IMG/VR virus record: IMGVR_UViG_2693429557_000011
DNA from: a virus
Taxonomy: Duplodnaviria; Heunggongvirae; Uroviricota; Caudoviricetes
DNA: 29,524 bases
Strand: one strand, 5' to 3'
Shown in pieces: positions 23,503-29,524 of this stretch. The notes under the pieces were generated by a model. It worked only from the letters and a program-made list of their open reading frames with translations, was not told the origin of the DNA and searched no databases. Numbering within the stretch: position 1 is the first letter of the stretch; each line of letters begins with the position of its first letter. The position numbers were made by a program, and so were the translations under genes.

Positions 23503-24399
23503 ATGCCTGCCGTTGACCTTTCCCAGTTACCGGAACCCGCCATCATCGCGGAGCCTGACTTTGAGGCAATTCTGGCTGACACAAAGGCCATGATGATTGC
23601 AGCTTATCCCGCCGAACAGCGTGAAGTCGTCTCCGCCGCACTGGAACTGGAATCGGAACCCCTGAACGTTATCGCTCAAACCATGTCGTTTCGTGAAATG
23701 CTGTTACGCCAGCGGGTCAATGAGGCCGCACGCGCCTGCATGTTGAGCCACAGCGCCGGAACAGACCTGGACAACCTCGCGGGCAATATGAACACAAAGC
23801 GCCTGGTTATCACTCCGGCAACGGATACCACCGACGTGGTGATGGAGAACGACACCTCGCTGAGACTGCGGGCGCAGCGGGCGTATGACGGCCTGAGTGT
23901 TGCAGGCCCGTCAGGCGCATACGAGTATTTTGCCCGCAGCGCCAGCGGTCTGGTGCGCGATGCGCGGGCCATCAGTCCGTCTCCGGCAAATGTGACGGTT
24001 TCCATCCTGTCCACTGAGGGCGACGGCACAGCAACGGAGGCGTTGCTTAATACCGTTCGCGCCGTTCTGAATGCAGAGGATACCCGCCCGGTGGCCGACC
24101 GCCTGACCGTACAGAGTGCCAGAATCGTGACATGGCGGCTGAATGCAAAACTGTACTTTTACCCCGGTCCGGAATCCGAACCTATTCTGGCTGCGGCTGA
24201 ATCGTCGTTCAGGAAGTGGCTGGCTGAGCAGGGGCTTATCGGTCAGGACGTGGCGTTGTCCGCCATTGCTGCCGCACTGCATGTGCACGGTGTGCAACGC
24301 GTGGAGATAATCGAACCCACACAGAATATGGCCATCAGCGACATACAGGCGGCGCGCTGTGAGTCATTCACCATCAGCGAAGGTGGGCGTAATGAGTAA
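23503..24399 (+). CDS. Baseplate wedge protein, P2 gpJ type
   Basis: 298-aa ORF in the conserved V-W-J-I order, with size matching P2 J (about 302 aa). Confidence 0.85.
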   Translation: MPAVDLSQLPEPAIIAEPDFEAILADTKAMMIAAYPAEQREVVSAALELESEPLNVIAQTMSFREMLLRQRVNEAARACMLSHSAGTDLDNLAGNMNTKRLVITPATDTTDVVMENDTSLRLRAQRAYDGLSVAGPSGAYEYFARSASGLVRDARAISPSPANVTVSILSTEGDGTATEALLNTVRAVLNAEDTRPVADRLTVQSARIVTWRLNAKLYFYPGPESEPILAAAESSFRKWLAEQGLIGQDVALSAIAAALHVHGVQRVEIIEPTQNMAISDIQAARCESFTISEGGRNE

Positions 24400-24922
24400 T
24401 TCACTGTTACCACCATCAGCCAGCAATTTCATGCGTTGTGCCGAAGCCGTCGGAACACGCATTACAGACATTCCGGCAGACCTCAACACGCTGTGGTCGC
24501 CGGACACCTGCCCGGTGCATCTGCTGCCTTATCTCGCCTGGGCGTTTTCCGTTGACCGCTGGGATCGCAACTGGCCGGAAGAGACAAAGCGACAGGTGAT
24601 TCGTGATGCATGGCTGATACACCGACACAAAGGAACCATCAGCGCCCTGCGACGGGCCATTGAGCCGCTGGGATACCTCATTCGCGTGTCTGAGTGGTGG
24701 GAGTTCAACGGCGAACCCGGAACATTCAAGATTGATGTTGGCACGCTGGACAGTGGCGTGACGGAGGAAATGTATCTGGAAATGGAGCGGTTGATTGCTG
24801 ATGCCCGCCCGGTCAGCCGCCACATGACAGGGCTGAATATCATTCAGGAGATTCAGGGAGATATTTTCGCGGCAGCAGCAACTTACGACGGTGAAGTCAT
24901 TACCATTTATCCGGACGATTAA
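24392..24922 (+). CDS. Baseplate/tail-fibre attachment protein, P2 gpI type
   Basis: ATG at 24392 (MSNSLLPPSAS). LWSPDTCPVHLLPYLAWAFSVDRWDRNWPEETKRQVIRDA and EMERLIADARPVSRH are near-identical to P2 gpI. Confidence 0.9.
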   Translation: MSNSLLPPSASNFMRCAEAVGTRITDIPADLNTLWSPDTCPVHLLPYLAWAFSVDRWDRNWPEETKRQVIRDAWLIHRHKGTISALRRAIEPLGYLIRVSEWWEFNGEPGTFKIDVGTLDSGVTEEMYLEMERLIADARPVSRHMTGLNIIQEIQGDIFAAAATYDGEVITIYPDD

Positions 24923-24924
24923 GC

Positions 24925-25847
24925 ATGAGTACCACAACACGAAAATTTAAAACCATTATCACCGATACGGGTGCAAAAAAATTAGCGCAGGCAACCGCGC
25001 CAGATGGGAAACCTGTCCGCCTGACACATATGGCCGTGGGTGACGGCGGCGGTACTTTACCCACGCCAGACAGTAAGCAGACCCGTCTTGTGCATGAGGT
25101 GTGGCGACATACCGTTAATCGCGTCACCCTGGACGCAACACATCAGAACCACATTATTGCGGAGCTGGTTATTCCTCCTGAAACGGGCGGATTCTGGATC
25201 CGGGAAATTGGTGTGTTTGATGAGCACGGCGATTTGATCGCGGTAGGCAATACTGCCGAAAGTTACAAGCCAACCGTTGCCGAAGGATCCGGACGTGCAC
25301 AAACATTTCGCACCATTCTGACCGTATCCAGCACTGCCACTGTGGCGCTTACCGTGGATAACACCATGGTGATGGCCACAGTGAATTACGTGGATGACAA
25401 ACTGAAAGAGCATGAACAGTCACGACGTCACCCGGACGCCTCGCTGACCGCAAAAGGCCTTGTCCAGCTCAGCAACGCCACCAACAGCACGTCTGAAACG
25501 CTGGCAGCGACACCAAAAGCCGTTAAGGCAGTAATGGATGAAACGAACAAGAAAGCCCCATTAAACAGCCCGGCACTGACCGGAACGCCAACAACACCAA
25601 CTGCGCGACAGGGAACGAATAATACCCAAATCGCAAGCACGGCTTTCGTTATGGCTGCGATTGCCGCCCTTGTAGATTCGTCACCTGATGCACTGAACAC
25701 GCTGAACGAGCTGGCTGCGGCGCTGGGCAACGACCCGAATTTTGCGACCACCATGACTAACGCGCTTGCGGGTAAGCAACCGAAAGATGCCACTCTGACG
25801 GCGCTGGCGGGGCTTGCTACTGCGGCAGACAGGTTTCCGTATTTTAC
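24925..25847 (+). CDS. Tail fibre protein, P2 gpH type, 5' fragment only (cut by scaffold gap)
   Basis: MAVGDGGG.LP.PD..QT.L.HEVWRH, IAELVIPPE.GGFW, EHEQSRRHPDASLTAKG and ...LTALAGLATAADRFPYF match the P2 H N-terminal half. The reading frame runs into NN at 25848. The receptor-binding C-terminal half is absent. Confidence 0.9.
25452..25793 (+). repeat. Copy 1 of the shared tail-fibre module (in P2-type H)
   Basis: Aligns at a constant offset of 3731 nt with 29183-29524. The first 120 nt or so have scattered mismatches and the remainder only about 8. The longest exact run is about 90 nt (CTGACCGGAACGCC...GCGATTGCCGC). The homology presumably continues past the window end to about 25847. Confidence 0.9.
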
Positions 25848-25849
25848 NN
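25848..25849. other. Scaffold/assembly gap (NN)
   Basis: Two N characters lie exactly where H-type sequence stops and lambda-J-type sequence begins. Confidence 1.
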
Positions 25850-26962
25850 CGCAGTGTGAACACCGTTGGCAAATCGGCATTCGTGGAGGCTGTCGGTCGG
25901 GCGAGCGATGATGCGGAAGGTTACTTGGATTTTTTCAAAGGAGAGATAGGGAAAACACATCTGGCTCAGGAGCTGTGGACGCAGATTGATAACGGTCAGC
26001 TTGCGCCTGACCTGGCTGAAATCAGGACGTCCATTACGGATGTCAGCAATGAAATCACGCAGACCGTCAATAAGAAACTGGAAGACCAGAGTGCGGCAAT
26101 TCAGCAGATACAGAAGGTTCAGGTTGATACAAATAATAATCTGAACAGCATGTGGGCTGTGAAGCTGCAACAGATGAAGGACGGACGCCTTTATATTGCG
26201 GGTATCGGTGCCGGTATTGAGAATACGCCAGCAGGAATGCAGAGTCAGGTGCTGCTGGCGGCAGACAGGATTGCGATGATTAATCCTGCGAATGGCAACA
26301 CAAAGCCGATGTTTGTTGGTCAGGGCGATCAGATATTCATGAACGACGTGTTCCTGAAACGCCTGACGGCTCCCACCATTACCAGCGGCGGTAATCCTCC
26401 GGCATTTTCCCTGACACCGGACGGAAAACTGACCGCTAAAAATGCAGATATCAGTGGCAGTGTGAATGCGAACGCCGGGACGCTCAACAATGTCACAATT
26501 AATGAGAACTGTCAGATTAAGGGGAAACTGTCAGCCAACCAGATTGAAGGCGATATAGTCAAAACAGTGGGTAAGGCTTTTCCGCGGGACTCCCGGGCAC
26601 CGGAGCGGTGGCCATCAGGGACCATTACCGTCAGGATTTATGACGATCAGCCTTTTGACAGGCAAATTGTTATTCCGGCGGTGGCATTCAGCGGCGCTAA
26701 ACATGAGCGGGAGAATAACGATATTTATTCGTCATGCCGCCTGATAGTACGGAAAAACGGTGCTGAAATTTATAACCGTACCGCGCTGGATAATACGCTG
26801 ATTTACAGTGGTGTTATTGATATGCCAGCTGGTCGCGGCCACATGACGCTGGAGTTTTCGGTGTCAGCATGGCTGGTGAATAACTGGTATCCCACAGCAA
26901 GTATCAGCGATTTGCTGGTTGTGGTGATGAAGAAAGCCACCGCAGGCATCAGTATCAGCTGA
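25850..26962 (+). CDS. Host specificity (central tail fibre) protein, lambda J type, C-terminal fragment
   Basis: An open frame from the gap to the stop at 26962 (about 370 aa). Its position immediately upstream of lom, the segment ...[24 protein letters not shown]... and the C-terminal receptor-binding-type domain are as in lambdoid J proteins. The N-terminal 750 aa or so are missing. Confidence 0.8.
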   Translation, partial: RSVNTVGKSAFVEAVGRASDDAEGYLDFFKGEIGKTHLAQELWTQIDNGQLAPDLAEIRTSITDVSNEITQTVNKKLEDQSAAIQQIQKVQVDTNNNLNSMWAVKLQQMKDGRLYIAGIGAGIENTPAGMQSQVLLAADRIAMINPANGNTKPMFVGQGDQIFMNDVFLKRLTAPTITSGGNPPAFSLTPDGKLTAKNADISGSVNANAGTLNNVTINENCQIKGKLSANQIEGDIVKTVGKAFPRDSRAPERWPSGTITVRIYDDQPFDRQIVIPAVAFSGAKHERENNDIYSSCRLIVRKNGAEIYNRTALDNTLIYSGVIDMPAGRGHMTLEFSVSAWLVNNWYPTASISDLLVVVMKKATAGISIS

Positions 26963-26981
26963 ATTTTATAACCCATATACG

Positions 26982-27006
26982 GGCGCCAGAAATGGCGCCT
27001 TTTTTA
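26982..27006 (+). terminator. Rho-independent terminator after the J-type gene
   Basis: GGCGCCA (26982-26988) / GAAA / TGGCGCC (26993-26999), followed by TTTTTTATT. Confidence 0.8.
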
Positions 27007-27029
27007 TTGCAGAAAAGCGAGAGGTAATT

Positions 27030-27661
27030 ATGCGTAAAGTTTGTGCAGCCATTTTGTCCGCAGCCATTTGCCTGGCCGTATCCGGTGCGCCTGCATGGGC
27101 GTCTGAACATCAGTCCACACTGAGCGCGGGGTATCTTCATGCCCGTACGAACGCTCCCGGCAGCGATAATCTGAACGGGATTAACGTGAAATACCGTTAT
27201 GAGTTTACGGACGCGCTGGGGCTGNNNNNNNNNNNNNNNNNNNNNNNNNNNNNNNNNNNNNNNNNNNNNNNNNNNNNNNNNNNNNNNNNNNNNNNNNNNN
27301 NNNNTACAGCGATACCCGCTGGCATGAAGATTCCGTGCGTAACCGCTGGTTCAGCGTGATGGCGGGGCCGTCTGTACGCGTGAATGAATGGTTCAGCGCG
27401 TATGCGATGGTGGGTGTGGCTTACAGCCGTGTGTCGACTTTCTCCGGGGATTATCTCCGCGTAACTGACAACAAGGGGAAAACGCACGATGTGCTGACCG
27501 GAAGTGATGACGGTCGCCACAGCAACACGTCTCTGGCGTGGGGGGCTGGCGTGCAGTTTAACCCGACCGAATCCGTGACCATTGACCTTGCTTATGAAGG
27601 TTCCGGTAGTGGTGACTGGCGAACGGATGCATTTATTGTTGGTATCGGATACCGTATCTGA
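27030..27661 (+). CDS. lom: Outer-membrane beta-barrel protein, Ail/Lom family (interrupted by an 80-N gap)
   Basis: It has a signal peptide MRKVCAAILSAAICLAVSGAPAWA. GINVKYRYEFTD, SVMAGP, SAYAM.GVA.SR and the C-terminal DLAYEGSGSGDWRTDAFIVGIGYRI match lambda Lom. The two halves are in different frames only because the N-run length is arbitrary. Confidence 0.85.
27225..27304. other. Assembly gap (80 N) inside lom
   Basis: A run of N characters. Confidence 1.
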
Positions 27662-27766
27662 CAACAGACGCCGATTTATCTTCTGTAAATATTGTTATGA
27701 TACGCAGGTTCATCCACCTTATGGGGTGAACTGCGTTTGAGGAAACGTAAAGTTACACTGTCCTGA

Positions 27767-27798
27767 AGCCCGTGGCGTCACTGCTGCGGGCTTTTTTT
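27767..27798 (+). terminator. Putative rho-independent terminator between lom and stf
   Basis: AGCCCG (27767-27772) pairs with CGGGCT (27787-27792) and is followed by a T7 run. The loop is long (14 nt), so confidence is moderate. Confidence 0.55.
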
Positions 27799-27812
27799 AT
27801 TGGTGGAAAAGT

Positions 27813-29524
27813 ATGACAGTAAAAATTTCTGGCGTGCTTAAAGATGGCACAGGAAAACCAGTACAGAACTGCACCATTGTGCTGAAGGCCAGACGAACCA
27901 GCAGCACGATGGTGGTGAACACGGTGGCCTCTGAAAATCCGGATGAAGCCGGACGTTACAGCATGGATGTTGAGCATGGTCAGTACAGCGTCACCCTGCT
28001 GGTTGAAGGTTTTCCGCCTTCACATGCCGGGACCATTACCGTCTATGAAGGTTCCAGACCAGGTACGCTGAATGATTTTCTCGGTGCCATGACGGAGGAT
28101 GATGTCCGACCGGAGGCACTGCGCCGCTTTGAGCAGATGGTGGAAGAGGTGTCACGTAACGCCTCCGCGGTTGCACAGAATACGGCAGCCGCGAAAAAAT
28201 CAGCCAGCGAGGCGGCAACTCATGCAACCGATGCTGCAGCCTCAGCACGTGCCGCCAGCACGTCAGCCGGACAGGCCGCGTCGTCGGCTCAGTCAGCGTC
28301 TTCCAGCGCAGGAACGGCATCGACAAAGGCCCGTGAAGCAGCAAAAAGTGCTGCTGCAGAGTCATCAAAAAGCGCGGCAGCTACCAGCGCCAGTGCCGCG
28401 AAAACGTCAGAAACGAATGCCGCAGCATCACAAAAATCGGCAGCCACTTCTGCATCCACAGCGACCACGAAGGCGTCAGAAGCTGCCACCTCGGCACGGG
28501 GTGCGGCGGCCTCAAAAGAGGCAGCGAAATCTTCAGAAACGAATGCATCATCAAGTGCCAGTAGTGCAGCTTCCTCGGCAACGGCGGCAGGAAATTCCGC
28601 GAAGGCGGCAAAAACGTCCGAGACGAACGCTAAGTCTTCTGAAACAGCAGCGGGACAGAGCGCCTCAGCTGCGGCAGGTTCAAAAACAGCGGCTGCATTA
28701 TCTGCCAGTGCCGCGTCAACAAGTGCCGGGCAGGCCTCAGCCAGTGCCACCGCCGCCGGAAAATCGGCAGAAAGCGCCGCATCATCCGCTTCAACAGCCA
28801 CAACGAAGGCTGGCAAAGCCACTGAGCAAGCCACTGCAGCAGCGAGGTCTGCTTCTGCAGCAAAAACCTCTGAAACAAATGCAAAGACTTCAGCAGACAA
28901 TGCTGCTTCCTCTAAGGCAGCAGCCGCATCGTCAGCCAGTTCAGCGGCGTCATCGGCATCATCTGCGTCTGCTTCAAAAGATGAGGCGACCAGACAAGCG
29001 TCAGCAGCGAAAGGTAGTGCCACGACAGCAACAACGAAAGCATCAGAGGCGGCAGGCAGTGCGACGGCTGCATCTCAGAGCAAAGTTGCTGCTGAATCCG
29101 CGGCAACGCGCGCCGAGACAGCAGCAAAACGGGCAGAGGATATTGCATCCGCCGTGGCGCTTGAGGATGCGAGCACGACGAAAAAGGGGATAGTACAGCT
29201 CAGCAGTGCGACCAACAGCACTTCCGAGTCACTGGCGGCAACGCCAAAAGCGGTTAAGGCGGTAATGGGTGAAACGAACAAGAAAGCGCCCTTAAATAGT
29301 CCTGCACTGACCGGAACGCCAACAACACCAACTGCGCGACAGGGAACGAATAATACCCAAATCGCAAGCACGGCTTTCGTTATGGCTGCGATTGCCGCAC
29401 TTGTAGACTCTTCGCCTGATGCACTGAACACACTGAACGAGCTGGCGGCGGCGCTGGGCAACGACCCGAATTTTGCGACCACCATGACTAACGCGCTTGC
29501 GGGTAAGCAACCGAAAGATGCCAC
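27813..29524 (+). CDS. stf: Side tail fibre protein, lambda Stf type, 5' fragment (runs off the window)
   Basis: It is not in the ORF track because no stop is reached. ATG at 27813 gives MTVKISGVLKDGTGKPVQNCTIVLKARR...DEAGRYSMDVEHGQYSV...FPPSHAGTITVYE, almost identical to the lambda Stf N-terminus. A long Ala/Ser-rich repeat region follows (AAKTSETNA recurring), then KGIVQLSSATNSTSE...ALAGKQPKDA. Confidence 0.9.
   Translation, partial: MTVKISGVLKDGTGKPVQNCTIVLKARRTSSTMVVNTVASENPDEAGRYSMDVEHGQYSVTLLVEGFPPSHAGTITVYEGSRPGTLNDFLGAMTEDDVRPEALRRFEQMVEEVSRNASAVAQNTAAAKKSASEAATHATDAAASARAASTSAGQAASSAQSASSSAGTASTKAREAAKSAAAESSKSAAATSASAAKTSETNAAASQKSAATSASTATTKASEAATSARGAAASKEAAKSSETNASSSASSAASSATAAGNSAKAAKTSETNAKSSETAAGQSASAAAGSKTAAALSASAASTSAGQASASATAAGKSAESAASSASTATTKAGKATEQATAAARSASAAKTSETNAKTSADNAASSKAAAASSASSAASSASSASASKDEATRQASAAKGSATTATTKASEAAGSATAASQSKVAAESAATRAETAAKRAEDIASAVALEDASTTKKGIVQLSSATNSTSESLAATPKAVKAVMGETNKKAPLNSPALTGTPTTPTARQGTNNTQIASTAFVMAAIAALVDSSPDALNTLNELAAALGNDPNFATTMTNALAGKQPKDA
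29183..29524 (+). repeat. Copy 2 of the shared tail-fibre module (in lambda-type stf)
   Basis: See 25452-25793. The alignment holds a constant 3731-nt offset and is truncated by the window end. Confidence 0.9.

Larger units (their letters stand above)
3001..25847. mobile_element. P2-family prophage, incomplete in this window (left end approximate, right end cut by a scaffold gap)
   Basis: P2 gene order and recognisable homologues: int, C, cox-like, A, cos region, Q, P, O, N, M, L, X, lysis, R, S, V, W, J, I, H. The G, FI/FII, E/T/U/D and ogr genes and attR are absent because the sequence stops at the NN gap. The left boundary lies somewhere in 2916-3107. Confidence 0.9.
25850..29524. mobile_element. 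Fragment of a lambdoid prophage tail-end region (J' - lom - stf')
   Basis: Lambda gene order J, lom, stf with recognisable homologues. It is bounded by the NN gap on the left and the window end on the right. Confidence 0.85.

Noticed and set aside
24925-26962. Apparent single chimeric tail-fibre gene (P2 H N-terminus fused to lambda J C-terminus)
   Set aside because: The two parts are separated by NN and lie in different reading frames relative to each other. The break coincides with the end of a repeat present twice in the window. This is an assembly or scaffold join, not a demonstrated fusion protein.
27030-27661. lom appears frameshifted (N-terminal part in one frame, C-terminal part in another) and could be called a pseudogene
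   Set aside because: The frame change occurs across an 80-N placeholder whose length is arbitrary. Both flanks match Lom well, and the missing stretch (about 23-27 aa by comparison with lambda Lom) fits the gap.
28300-29100. Periodic DNA repeats that might look like a CRISPR or satellite array
   Set aside because: They are the coding repeats of the Stf shaft (recurring AAKTSETNA / SASAA units), inside a continuous ORF. There is no repeat-spacer structure and no cas genes.
28099-29193. 364-aa plus-strand ORF (Gln/Arg/Pro-rich) and 244-aa minus-strand ORF (28289-29023, Ala/Asp-rich)
   Set aside because: Both are alternative-frame readings of the GCN/TCN-biased Ala/Ser-repeat region of stf. 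The real frame starts at 27813 and matches lambda Stf from its first residue.

Overview
The window holds three parts. (1) 1-2998 is an E. coli-type chromosomal block, nlpC-btuD-btuE-btuC, all on the minus strand. (2) About 3000-25847 is a P2-family prophage inserted just upstream of btuC, where I would expect ihfA. It carries int, a C-type repressor, a cox-like gene, about seven small early ORFs and an A-type HUH rolling-circle replication initiator. An accessory block follows, then a cos region and Q P / O N M L X, a lysis cassette, and R S V W J I plus the 5' part of tail fibre gene H. (3) A 2-N scaffold gap (25848-25849) is followed by the tail end of a different, lambdoid phage: the C-terminal part of a lambda-J-type host specificity protein, lom (interrupted by an 80-N gap) and the 5' 1.7 kb of a lambda-Stf-type side tail fibre that runs off the window. 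The P2 part breaks off exactly at the end of a roughly 340-bp sequence shared by H and stf. I therefore read the P2/lambdoid adjacency as a scaffolding join, not as demonstrated biology. Three loci are the best candidates for undescribed biology. (a) A translationally coupled cassette of unknown genes (174, 79 and 61 aa, the last a zinc ribbon) at 12157-13117. It lies in the A-to-cos/Q position where P2 carries tin/old, a documented hotspot for anti-phage cargo. (b) A bona fide plasmid-type ParM/ParR partition pair with candidate centromere repeats at 10681-12096, in the same hotspot. (c) A very AT-rich two-gene cassette between int and the prophage end (3108-4146), packed tightly behind C-int. 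It encodes a split zinc-ribbon protein and a C-terminally membrane-anchored protein with tandem 11-residue repeats. All homology statements rest on recognising motifs and remembered reference proteins. No database search was possible.
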